Source: the human T2T-CHM13v2.0 reference genome, Homo sapiens. From it: 64,000 bases of DNA. Below the pieces are notes generated by a model. The model searched no databases. It had not been told where the DNA came from and saw only the letters and a list, made by a program, of their open reading frames with translations. Below are positions 45,153 to 63,470 of this stretch, piece after piece; within the stretch, counting starts at the first letter, position 1, and each line of letters begins with the position of its first letter. The stretch is taken from NCBI RefSeq assembly GCF_009914755.1, contig NC_060925.1, one strand, 5' to 3'. The translations under genes were made by a program, and so were the position numbers.

Positions 45153-45502
45153 GGACTGGGCCTGGTGGCTCACGCCTATAATCCCAGAACTTTGGTGGGA
45201 GGCCAAGGTGGGAGGCCAAGGTGGGAGGCCAAGGTGGGAGGCCAAGGTGGGAGAATCACATGAGCTGAGGAGTTTGAGACCAGGTTGGGCAACATAGGGA
45301 GACCTTGTCTCTATAAAACATTTTTAAAAATTAGCTGGGCATGGTGGCACTCACCTGTGGTCCCACACTCTGGGGGCTGAGGCAGGAGGATGGCTTAAGC
45401 CCAGGAGGCCAAGGCTGCAGTGAGCTGAGATCATGCCACTGCACTCCAGCCTGGGTGACACAGTGAGACCCTGCCTCAAAAATAAATAAATAAACAAACA
45501 AA
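45153..45502 (+). mobile_element. AluJ containing a 13-bp tandem expansion
   Basis: J diagnostics (aggatggcttaagcccagg, ggctgcagtg). Confidence 0.9.
45199..45250. repeat. (GAGGCCAAGGTGG)4 perfect tandem repeat
   Basis: Copies at 45199, 45212, 45225, 45238. Confidence 0.95.
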
Positions 45503-45669
45503 GATGGAATGAAAGAATGAGAAGGCGTTACCAGTAATGGACAGACGGACATTATGGGCTTCCTGATGTGATGCTTTGAGAACACATTACCTGTGGGTTC
45601 GTTGGATTGAGGCAGGGCAGCTGACCTGGACTCTTCCAAAACTTCCATGTCATGAAAGACCCACAGAAG

Positions 45670-45978
45670 TGCCAGGCACGGTGGCCCATGCTTGTAATCC
45701 CAGCACTTTGGGAGGCTGAGGCAGGCGGATCATGAGGTCAAGAGTTCAAGACCAGCCTGGCCAACATAGTGAAACCCTCATCTCTACTAAGAATACAAAA
45801 ATTAGCTGGGCGTGGTGGCACATGCCTGTAATCCCAGCTACTCACGAGGCTGAGGCCGGAAAATCACTTGAACCCAGGAGGCGGAGGCTGCAGTGAGCCA
45901 AGATCACGCCACTGCACTCCAGCCTGGGCGACAGAGCCAGACTCTGTCTCAAAAAAAAAAAAAAAAAAAAAAGGAAAG
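45670..45978 (+). mobile_element. AluSg-like
   Basis: TSD gaaagacccacagaag. Confidence 0.95.
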
Positions 45979-46839
45979 AAAGACCCACAGAAGGCAAAGA
46001 GAACCTTCTAGATTAAAGATTAAAGGACAATCAGGAGCCAGGAGAGTGGATTGCAACATGTAATCTCATTTGGGATCCTGGATCGGAGGGGTGAAAAAGC
46101 CATGAAAACCATTAAGGAGATGTTTGGAGAAGCTTGCATATGGACCTGCGTTCGATGATATTATTAACATCAGTGGGTAGTACAGTAATAAAACACATCA
46201 CTAGCAGCTTTGAGAACCTGCAGTTCTCAGGGCGGTCCTCGTCCTGAGTGCTTGTCTTCTGGGCTCTGGCAGTTTAACAGCCTCGCTTTTGCAAAACGCC
46301 ACCTCACCGTTATGTGCCTTGCACTGGCCAAGCTCTGGGAACAGATGTTAATCCTTGTTTGCAGAGAGGAAACTTGTGTACAGTGATATTACTTCTCTAT
46401 ATGAATATTTTAATATTAAGGCAGCAAATCCCAGAAAGTGCTGACCTGCTGCTTTTCTTGGTTGGTGCTTTCCAAGCAGTTCCGCAGTCCTGCTTGGTGC
46501 CAGCCTGAGCCAGGGCTGTGAAAGGAGTGTGTGGGCCACTGAGTACGGCTGGTATGGGTCTCTAGCATGACGCCCCCAACCCTCCTTGATGAGGCTCAAA
46601 AGAACCAAAAGGGAATAACCTGTCACCTTAATTTGAGGTCACTTCAAGAAAGTGAGGCTCAATTCCAAATCTAAGTCAAAGGGTCAGTTGTTTGTTGGGG
46701 TGGAGGGACTCTGTTGGAGCTCTGACTGGCTGCCTTCCCTGAGGTTGACATGGGGGCCATTGGACACCAATCACTGTGCCTGCCCTCACCCACATAATCA
46801 GTAGGTTCCCAATAAGCAGTGAATGGTCACTGCTATTTT

Positions 46840-48090
<1,251 letters not shown>

Positions 48091-48716
48091 AGGAATATAA
48101 AGACAGGAGTGAGGCTCTCCCTTGAGAGGAAGAAGGAGCTGCAGGCAGGGCCTGCTTCCTGCTCCCATTTGGTCTCATGCCCCTACCCCAGCCCTGTCTG
48201 CACCATCAGCCCCATCTCTTCCTCCTCCCGGGGCTTCCTCCGTCACAGAACGCGCCCCTCCCCTGCGGGCAGCTGGCCGCATTCTCAGGCAGACACGGAG
48301 CCCCCAGGGGCATCTCTGTTTTCTCTCCCCACCCTGCTGGCTCAGCCTGAGCAGGACTAGGACTCACTTAAGGAATGAGGGCCGCCTGGCAGCTCCACCC
48401 GGCCCAGCCCTGCTGGAGGGAATCGTGATGAAGAACAGGGCAGCTGCACTGAGGGTGATGGCGTGCTGCCCTCAGAATTGCTTTTCTCGGCTCTAATTTT
48501 CCTGATGCGAGAAAAGCCAGTAACCCCGGGGTACATCCAATAGTCAGGACATGGTGCTGATTGGACTTGAAAAGTCCGTCCAGCCAGCTGTGCTTCTGAT
48601 TATCCCTATTCTTAAGTATCTGTTTGGGCTGGGGCTGTCACTCCACTGATGCCCCCCCAGTTTACAAGGATGGTCCTTGGCCTGGGTGGCAGTCAGATGG
48701 TCAGATGTGCGGCTCA

Positions 48717-49655
<939 letters not shown>

Positions 49656-49991
49656 AGATCATATGTGTGAAGTGCTCGGGATGGTGGTGGGCTCCCAGGA
49701 AGAGCCGAGTGAGTGCTGACCATCCACCTCCTCCCTTGCTACCTGGTCTGTAGCTGCTTGCCTCTGTAGGTTGGAAATCCACAGCTGAGCTACATCAGAA
49801 TCGAGCATTGCATGTTAGACGAGAGCAAGTGGTGCTGGCTGCAGAAGGCGCTTTGCATTGGAGCAGAGGAGATAGGCATCGATGTTTAACCAGTAGCTGC
49901 CGTGGGCTGGGGTGTGCACACTCTGTCTTGTTTGATACAGCAACTCTATGACATAGGTTTTATCACATTGCCATACAGGTGAAAAACCTGA

Positions 49992-50645
<654 letters not shown>

Positions 50646-50687
50646 CTCTGGAGCACGCCAGGTCTTGGGGGTCAGCTGCTTTCTGCC

Positions 50688-51425
50688 TGTTATATGTTGT
50701 TATGCCCCCTAAAAATTCACATGTTGAAGTCCTAACCCCCAGGACCTCAGAATATGACCTCACTTTGAGGCAGGGTCACTGCCAATGTGATGAATTAAGA
50801 TGAAGTCGTACTGGAATAGGGTGAGGCCTGATCTAGTTTGCCTGATAAAAATGGATCAGGGGAAATGTAGCCACAGACACCCAGGGAAAACAGCAGGTGG
50901 GGATGAAGGCAAAGGTGGGGGTGATGTGTCTGCACACCAAGGAATGCTGGAGATTGCCAGAAGCTACGGGGAGGCCTAGAACAGAGTCTTTCTGCAGCCT
51001 CAGAAAGAACCAACCCTTGGCCGGGCGCAGAGGCTCGTGCCTGTAATCCTAGCACTTTGGGAGGCTGAGGCGGGCGGATCACCTGAGGTCAGGAGTTCGA
51101 GACCAGCCTGGCCAAAATGGCGAAACCCCATCTCTAATAAAAATACAAAAAATTATCCGGGCGTGGTGGTGGGCGCCTGTAATCCCAGATACTCGGGGAG
51201 GCTGAAGCAGGAGAATCGCTTGAACCCGAGAGGCGGGGGTTGCAGTGAGCCTAGATCGCACCACTGCACTCCAGCCTGGTGACAAAGAGACTCTGTGTCA
51301 AAAAAAAGAAGAAGAAACCAAAACTCACCCAACATGAGGCACCTTGATCTTGGACTCCTGTCCTCCAGAGCTACAAGCCACCCAGCATACAGGACTTTGT
51401 CACAGTGGCCCTGTCAGAATAATAT
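50688..51425 (+). mobile_element. MLT1B/C solo LTR interrupted by an Alu
   Basis: aaattcacatgttgaagtcctaacccccaggacctcagaat...caccttgatcttggact. Confidence 0.8.
51019..51317 (+). mobile_element. AluS
   Basis: TSD-like aagaa(a)ccaa. Confidence 0.94.
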
Positions 51426-52325
51426 CCTCTGCTGTTAGCCTCTTCCGTGTCCTTCCTAGGAGCCCGAGGAATGTGGGTGCAGGAAGTCTCACTCTAGATG
51501 CCTGGGATGGCCTCACCCTCAGAACCTTCTAGCTGCTTCTTTTGGATGATCTTCAGGTCCCATGTCCTTTTATTTGGGGGACCATGTGCATGGCCACACA
51601 TACCCAGGTACACCTGAGCCCAAGGCTGGAGAGGCCAGGCTGGCCCCAGGGGGATTGGAGCACAGGGATTGATGCTGTGGTGAGCCATCCCTAGAGTCAG
51701 CCCTGCAGCAGATTCCGCCCTGGACCGCCAGAGCCTGGTCCCACGTGTCTTAGTCTTAGCTCTTCCCAGGATCCACTGATGCTCTAAACCCCTGACTTCT
51801 GGAGAGAGACAGAACATGAGAGGTTCTAGCCCTTCGACTGAGGAGTATCTGTGAATCAAACGCAGCAGCTTCCTTTTGCCTGGATATCCCTCGGTGCTTT
51901 CTCTGATGGACTGTGGGGTGGGGTTGTCACCATCACTGTGGCCTCCAGAATACACCTCTCTTTGCCTGGTGTCTGTGGCTTTTAACCTCATTCTGTTGGT
52001 CCTGGGTCACTGATGGCTCTGCCCAGCATGACAGTGAGTGCCCTGCACATGGGCAGGCACCATGAGTGGCTTGTCCATTACCGGGGCCCCAGCAGAAGGC
52101 CGAGCACGTAGGAGGTTCTTTTCTCCAGAATCACACATGTCCCTACCCGTGAGTGTGTGAGGAGCATCTGCAACATGTGACCTCCTCAGGGAGAAGCAGG
52201 GGAGGAGTCTTGAAGGAAGGACACAAGATGGGAGCACTCCAGGAATTAGGTTCTCCTGCAGTGGAGGGCAGACACACCTCTAATGCCCAGGGAGCATCCA
52301 GGGTCAGGTCCCTCACCCCGTGTGA

Positions 52326-53430
<1,105 letters not shown>

Positions 53431-54087
53431 ATCATCATCATCATCATCAGTTCAGGTGGCGTCTGCCCCTAGCGGAAAGAATTCTACCAAGAGTCTGCAG
53501 ACCTGGTCCCAGCCCTAACAAGCAGTGTTCTCGGCCTGCACTCTCCCCCACTCCCCGCCGCCACCCCCCTGCTGCCTCGACTCTCGTCTGGGAGGGGGGT
53601 GATCGCGCTGACCCTGGAGGCTTCACCCTGAGAGAGAAGGAAAAGAACTGGGCACTTCTGAGCCCAGGACTTCGCCCATCCTGGGTGCTCTTGATGTGTT
53701 CGTTGAGTCTTATGAGAGAGGGGTCACAAGCCCACACGTAAGTAATTATCTCCCAAGGTCAGAGGCAGAAGAGAGAACTTTGAGCCGTAATGACCCGGAT
53801 GTGTGTGGCATTGGAGCTGGGCTTGAAGGATGAGGAGGGTTTCTTTGGGTGGGCAGGGAACAGGACAGGCACTCCATGCAGGCTTGTGGAAGGGAGATTA
53901 CGGGGACTTCTGGGTGTGTTTGTGGTTTAATGCGTCCTCCCAGGTGCGACGTAGAGCTCTTAGGCATGGTCGCCTTTCCTGCTGGGGCGACAGTGGGCAT
54001 CTCATAGTCCTCTGCTTTGATCCCTGGGCCCCCAGGCCATGGAAGCAGGTCCCCTCTGCAAGCCATCCTCAGAAGGGGAGCCCCTGG

Positions 54088-54792
54088 CAGCAGGGCCTGT
54101 GAATTGGGTCGGGCCATGGGGAGAATGGAGGAGGCACCAAGGAAAGATTGGCTGCAGGCCGTGGCCCTTGGGGACTTCTCAGCTCTGGCACCTCCGGGCA
54201 CACTTGTACCACTGCATGCAAGACCACCTCCCTCAGCCTGGACTCTTGGGGGAGGTTCCCACACATGACATTTGCTGACAGCTGCAGTTTGCCCCTCATT
54301 GCGCCATACATTGTACCACTGCCTTCAACAGGTATCTACTAAGGCCCCGTTGTAGGTGCCAGTGCCATTGTGTTTCTGTTTTGCCATCTGAGACAGCAGG
54401 CTTTCCTAGAGGTTTGTGTACCCATCTTCCCATCCAGGCTGAGAGGAACACAGTTGAGCATTTCTCAGTGACTCCGGGTCACCCCGGGAATAGTCACCTT
54501 TGTACTTTGGACAATTTGGCTGCACAGTCTTTTTGGTTTTGCTTTTTCTCTTTTCCTTCCTCTTGGGCTGTGGACCATCACTTATCTGTTGTTCTTGGGC
54601 TTCCTCTCAGCGTCTTAGAGGCAGTGCCACGTGGGGAGTGGAGAATATGCTGTCTGGTTCAAATCCTGACTTTGGTGTGTAGCATTTACAGGTCCTTTTG
54701 CCAGGGACTCAGCCCCTCTGAGACTCCGTGTATTCATCGGCAAAGTGGGGATAATCAAACCTGCCTTATAAGAGGAACATGAGGATTGACTG
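54088..54792 (+). repeat. Ancient local duplication, copy B (includes a MIR at its 3' end)
   Basis: Colinear similarity to 48717-49655. Confidence 0.88.
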
Positions 54793-55332
54793 ATGTCACT
54801 TCAGCCAGTTCCTCTGGAGAGAAGTAGCCCCCCAGCCCTGAAGTGACACCCTCACTTTCTTCTTGCCCACTCTGCCATGCCTCAGACACAGCATGGAGTA
54901 GGCCGTGGGCCACCAAGGCCACCACTGATGTAGTGCTTAGCAGCGGGGCAGTTCTTGACTGGCAGGAGGAGGCTGAGTCAGTAGGGACATGGTCCTTGTG
55001 CATTTCACGCTGGGAAGGTTGGCTGGCCCCTCGGGAAGGGCAGCTGCCCTGGAGGAAGAGGGGAGCTGGAAGAGACAGAGTGTATGTCTTTAAAACGAGG
55101 CCTGAGCTCTGGGCAGTGCCCTCAGTTACATACCTGCTGTGATGCCAGTGCTGGGCCCTGGCCATCCTGTTCCACCTGTGAACTCACGTGACTTTTCATG
55201 GAGTTCCCTGCCAAGCCTGGCCTGGCATCTGCTGCTCCACATCCCGGTTCTCTTAGACCAGGCGCTCCAGGGACAATCTTCCTGGGTTGTGCTTCTCCCC
55301 TTCCCTTTGCTATCATAAAGAGACTGGTAACA

Positions 55333-55590
55333 GGCTGGGCACGGTGGATCACCTGAGGTGAGGAGTTCAAGACCAGCCTGGTCAACGTGGTAAAACCCCG
55401 TCTCTACCAAAAATACAAAAATTAGCCAGGCATGGTGGTGGGCACCTGTAATCCCAGCTACTCAGGAGGCTGAGGCAGGAGAATCGTTTGAAACCCTGGA
55501 GGCAGAGGTTGCAGTGAGCCCAGATTGCGCCACTGCACTCCAGCCTGGGCGACAGAGTGAGACTCCACCTCAAATAAAAAAAAAAAAAAA
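55333..55590 (+). mobile_element. AluS with a ~45-bp deletion in the left arm
   Basis: ggcacggtgg joined directly to atcacctgagg; TSD agactggtaacag. Confidence 0.92.
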
Positions 55591-56739
55591 TAGACTGGTA
55601 ACAGCTTGTGGATTCCAGCATCTGCAGGGGCTCAGTGGGAGCTTTTGTTTGTCTCTGCTCCTCAACTTGCTCTTCTCTGGACTCTTCCAAAATGCCCCTT
55701 TCGGGAAGCTCTCTCCTGCCCAGCCCAGGTGCCTTTGGGTGCCTCGCCTGATTTATATTTACCTTCATTTATTCTAGGCTCTAAAACTGGTGACCGACAG
55801 AGAGATTTTCTTGAGTCTGCTTGGGGCTTTAAACATTTTCAAATTTGTTACCACCATTTAAAAGTTGGAAACTTTTACAGTGTGGATTTCCAACTTGTCC
55901 TGGAAAATAAGCCGGTCCGGCCACCTGGGTCAACAGTCAGCTGGACCCAAGGGCGGCTGCCCTATAAGACACCTAATGCCATCCTCAGCCCGCGGCCCTC
56001 TGTAGCCCCCAGCCCCTTCTGCCTCTGGAGAGGGTCCATACCCTGCACAGCAGACGCGAGTGTGCATGTCAGTTTCCAGGCTATTTTCTCACCGCAGAAC
56101 TCACTGGGCCTTCTGGGTCTTGGCTCTTCATGCCCCGCCCACTCCACCCCCAGTGCCTGGCATCTTGAACAGGGGTCACTGGGTCGGCCTTTCTCTTTCT
56201 TGTTCCCGTGTGTCTCTGTCCACCCAGACCAGCAAGCAGGATGACTCACACCTTCCCTTCTGTTCCCTCAGTCCCTTCTCCCTGGGTCCTGACACTGGAT
56301 TTTAACATATTGGGTTGCTTGGCTGTCCCGGCACATCATGGGGGCCTCAGAGGCAGGGACTGTGACTTAGTCATCACTGTATCATCAGACCCGGCACAGG
56401 GCCTGGCCTACAGTGGGTGCCCCAGGAATGTAGGGGGGATGGACGCCATGCTGAGAAAGCTGCCAAATTCCCCCACCTTGTTCTCCAAGGAGGTCCCCTG
56501 ACCACACCTGCCTGCAGTGGGGAGAAGGCTTATGGCAACGCGTTTCTGCCGCCAGCACCCTCCCACGGGCGTGCAGATCTGACAAGATCAGGATCTGGGT
56601 CTGTGAGAGGCCCTGTGTCCCCTACATTCTCTACGCACGACCGAGGGCCATTCTTCCCTCACTGCCGGCCTCTCCCAGTCCCCAGGAGAAAGGGCTGATG
56701 CTCCCAAAGGCAGGCCACTTGCAGGAAGACACACCACGG

Positions 56740-57610
<871 letters not shown>

Positions 57611-58447
57611 CGGAAAGCCTGTGTGGGGAAGTGGACAGCCCCCTGAGGGTGGAGGAGCAGGGGCTGGGCTGGGAGTTGGCAGCAGGGTTCAGAGCCTCAT
57701 GGCTGATCAGGACCTGGGCACCTGGGGTCCACTGGGGCCTCACAGAGCAACAGCATCAGGTGGGCATGATCAGATCCCACCTCAGCTCCGCTACTTAGTT
57801 GCTGTGTGGCTTTGGGCAAGTTGCTTAACCTCTCTCAGCTCCAGCTTCCATCTGTGAAATGGATGTAGAACTTTCCAACTCATGTATGTGAGGAACTTGG
57901 GACAGACCACCCAGACAGGCTAAGCACTCAACGAGTCACTGTCGTTATTGAGCCTGGTTTTAATCGTGTTTGGTTTTGTCATGAGGCAGGCAGGAAGTCG
58001 AACTGTGGGTCTGTGCCCAGGAGCAGGGCAGGCCTCGGACACTCTCCAGTGGATGGGAACTGCCCCAGAAGCTCCTCAGCTGGCACAGACGGCGGGGGGG
58101 AGGGGCAGCGCGGGGGGTGCTCCCCTGCTGTTACTTCACTGATTCCCTGATGGTTTTCATGGTTTTGTGGCTAAAAGATGCTCCAAAGATTAGCCTGTGT
58201 GAAGGTTTGGGAATCCGCTGCAATATGGGAGCCTGGGCCTTCTCTGCGTCTTCTGTCTGCATCAACTCAAATATAGGTAAGGATGTTGCTCTCAGAAGAC
58301 AGCCAGAGAAAGCCCACCTGAGGCAGAGAGGAGAGGCTGTGTGTATGTGGCGGGGGGACTTTGGGGGTTAGACCTTGAGGGTTCCTCTGGGTGCAGCACT
58401 GTTGCAGCCCAAACACTCTACCTGAATTAACTCATTCACCCTCATAA

Positions 58448-58804
<357 letters not shown>

Positions 58805-58969
58805 TAGACTGGAAAAACTGAGGCATGGAGAGGTGAAGATTCCCCAGCTTGGTAGAGCCTGGATTCAGACACAGGCTGTCAGGCTCAAGGACATGCACTG
58901 CCAGCCACCTTGCAGTCTGACTGGGAACAACAGTCACCAGGTATTTGTCATTAATTTAAACATTAATTT

Positions 58970-59133
58970 AAATTTAAACATTATCCAGGTGTGGTAGTGT
59001 CCACCTGTGATCCCAGCTACTTAGGAGGCCGAGGCAGGAGAATCGCTTGAGCCCAGGAGTTCGAGACTGCAGTGAGCCATGGTGGTGCCACTGTGCTCCA
59101 GCCTGGGTGACAGATGGAGACCTTGTCTCTAAA
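58970..59133 (+). mobile_element. Orphan copy of the AluJ right arm at 60887-61050
   Basis: 5 mismatches in 164 bp; no A tail or TSD. Confidence 0.9.
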
Positions 59134-59883
59134 TTCATGTGTTGAGCCTGGTTGCAGTTTGGGTGGTGAAGTAGAAAGGACACTGGTCTTGGAGTCAGGT
59201 GGATTGGTTGGAATCCCAGGTCTTACTGCGTGTGACTTTAGCCCAGTGATTTCACCTCCCCGAGCCTTCACTTTCCCATGGGATGATGGCCATGCTAATG
59301 CTTCCTTTGCAGGGCTTTCTGGAGGATAAAGCCAGGAGAGCATGGGAGGCCCTGCCTCCAAGGTGCTCACAATGCTCCTTCATTCCTTTTCTCCCTTGCT
59401 TCCTCCTACCCAGTGCGTTCAGCCCCAGGCATTGCCTGCCCCCCTCCCCCCGCCCCGCCATCCAGACCTTGACCTTGGCCTTGAGTTCCATGAGGCCTTC
59501 GGAAATGGCTTTGGCTGCTACCTCGGAGGGAGCTGCCCCGATCCACTTGCAGATCAGAATCTCCGGGCACCCCTTGCCAGGGCTTTCATGTTGTTGCTTT
59601 ATTTCACAAGAACCCCGGCATTTGTTTAGCAACTGGGTGGAATTTTTAGAACTTAAAAGTAATTCTGCTCTTCGAGGAATGCGCCTGTGGATGTAACCCC
59701 AACTCAGGCCAGGCCTGGACCCAGAGGGAGTGGGCACTCTGCCCTGGGCCTCCCCACCTCCACATCTTTGCTCCAGTTGAATGCAGGACACCCTCAGTCT
59801 GCCCTGTCCGGCTTGACTTCTTCCCGCCTGCTGGTCTTGACCCCAGGGCAGGGGCTGGTGGGGTGGGCACAACAGTGTCAGCC

Positions 59884-60390
59884 TGTGGTAAGCTAAATAA
59901 TGCCCGCCCCCCAAGATGTCCATGATATAATCCCTGGAACCTGTGGATATATTATATGGCAAGAGGGACTTTGCAGCTGTGACGGAGGATCTTGAGATGG
60001 GAAGATGATCTGGATTGTCTGGGTGGGCCCTGGGTAATCGTGGGGTACTTATAGAGGAAGGTTGGCAGATCAGAGAGAGGGAAGGAGATGTGAGACTGGA
60101 AAAAGGTCAGAGTCAGAGAGATCTGAAGGTGCCCTGTTGCTGACTTTCAGGCTAGAGGACAGGGCCAGCAGCCATGGGATGCAGGCGGCCTCTAAAGGCT
60201 GGGAAAGGCAAGGAAACAAATTCTCCCCTATAGCCTCCGGTGGGAGCCTGGCCCTGCCAACACCCTGATTTTGGCCCAGTGAAACCTAATTTGGACTTCT
60301 GATCCTTAAAACTATAAAATAATACATCAGTGTTGTTTTAAGCCACAAAGTTGGTGGTAATTTGTTACAGCAACAATAGGATTCTAATGC
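59884..60390 (+). mobile_element. MLT1D solo LTR
   Basis: tgtggtaagctaaataatgccc...caagatgtcca...tttgttacagcaacaatagg. Confidence 0.85.
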
Positions 60391-60530
60391 ACAACCCAGA
60401 GCCCCCGTCCCTCCTTGGAGCACCTCATTCAAAGTAGGGCTGAGGAGGCACCTCGGGGGGTACAGAGGGTGTCGTGAGAGAGCCACTCCAACCTGTAGCC
60501 AAATGCTGCCCGGCCACTGTACCCCTCTGA

Positions 60531-61425
<895 letters not shown>

Positions 61426-61759
61426 GTTTTGCAATGTTGCTGGTGCCTCCAGGCCTTAGTTTCCTCATCCTTAAAAGGGAAGAGCAGCAGCCCCTACTCC
61501 CTGGACTGTGAGCAGTGCACACAGAGCACTTTCCACAGAGCCTGGCACAGGGCACTGCCCCATGAATGAAGCCACCCTTGTTTTGTCAGCTGGGCCAAAT
61601 TCTCTCCACCCTGAGCTTGAACACGTGCCTCCTTCAACTGCTGGAGTGCTCCTCGCCTGTGGGGTCGACCTCACCCAGAGGCAGTGTGTTCCCAAAATGT
61701 TAATCATTGTTCAGAAGGTTCGTGAGGATCACTGTCTGTTCCACGGGTGGGTGACTTAA

Positions 61760-62123
<364 letters not shown>

Positions 62124-62637
62124 GCAAAATCTTATGTATTCGACGGTCACAGTCCTGTTCTTTCTCCCAGCCGAGGCTGGCCCCAGCCAAAATTCACTGA
62201 TACTCCCTGTGGAGGGCACAGAATGTCAAAGGGGAATCAGAACAGGAGCAATTGGTTGAGTTTACAGAGAGAAATCTGGGGGTACAGCCTGCTGACGCTG
62301 TTGACTCCTTGACTGGGCCAAGAGTCAATGGGTCTGCAGCCCCAGAGGTGAGGGCACATAGCTGCGTTGCACCCTGAGTTTTTCGTGCCATAGAGAGGAC
62401 AGCATTGTGGTTAGCAATACCAACTTGGAATCAGACTGCCCGAGTTCTAAGCCTAGCTTGGCCAGTGACTCTCTGAATGACCTTGGGTGGGTCACTTAGT
62501 TTCCCGGAACCTAAGTTTCCTCATTCAGAAAAATCAGCGTCATCGCCATCATCATTGTCATCATCTTGCCAAGTACTGTCCTGAGTCTTCTAGATGAATA
62601 TTAAATCTTTTATTCCTCACCAAAAAAACACACACAC

Positions 62638-62946
62638 GGCTGGGCGTGGTAGCTCACACCTGTAATCCCAGCACTTTGGGAGGCCAAGGCAGGCAGATCA
62701 CTTGAGGTCAGGAGTTCGAGACCAGCCTACCTAAAATGGTGAAACCCCGTCTCTACTGAAAATAGAAAAATTAGCCTGGTATGGTGGTGGGCGCCTGTAA
62801 TCCCAGCTACTCAGGAGGCTAAGACAGGAGAATCACTTGAACTCAGGAGGTGGAGGTTACAGCGAGCCGAGATGGCGCCACTGCACTCCAGCCTGGGCGA
62901 CACAGCAAGAGTCCGTCTCAAAAAATAAAATAAAAATAAAAATAAA

Positions 62947-62947
<1 letters not shown>
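62638..62947 (+). mobile_element. AluS
   Basis: Alu dimer between CA-containing flanks. Confidence 0.95.

Positions 62948-62949
<2 letters not shown>

Positions 62950-62978
<29 letters not shown>
62950..62978. repeat. (CA)n microsatellite
   Basis: Direct reading. Confidence 0.95.
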
Positions 62979-62982
<4 letters not shown>

Positions 62983-63334
62983 TGAGGGTGTTCTTTTATC
63001 CTCAGGCGACAGAAGGGCACAGACAGGTAAACGAAGGCACCAAAGGCCCCACGGCTGGGACGGGGCAGAGCTGGGATTTGGACTTGGGTTACGTGGCACT
63101 CGTTAGCCTCACAACCTTCTGCCTTGGGAATAATGTCGTGGAGGTGAGCACCCCCGCTAGAGCTTTCCAGGTGGGATAATGCATGTAAATTGCAAAACAC
63201 AGGGCGTGGATCCGGTAGGCAGTGGGTGCCGGTTAGCTGTTTTCATCTCTATTGCTCCAGTTGGCAGCGGCTCTGGTAACTTGTGTTCAGGGGTGTGGGT
63301 CAAAATCCACTCATCCCTTTGGGGGCCATGAATA

Positions 63335-63470
63335 GATTCATTATCTTGATTGTGGTGATGGTGTCAGGGTGTCTACATACGTCAAAGCTTAGCTCATTGT
63401 GCATTTCAAATTACAGGCAGGTTATCCCATACCAGTGATATCTCAGTAAAGCTGTTTTTTAAAAATAAAG
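63335..63470 (+). mobile_element. L1ME-type 3' end fragment
   Basis: tatcttgattgtggtgatggt...tctcagtaaagctgttttt. Confidence 0.7.

Noticed and set aside
59252-59962. 236-aa ORF on the - strand
   Set aside because: Starts within an MLT1 LTR and ends in a MIR; no homology recognised.
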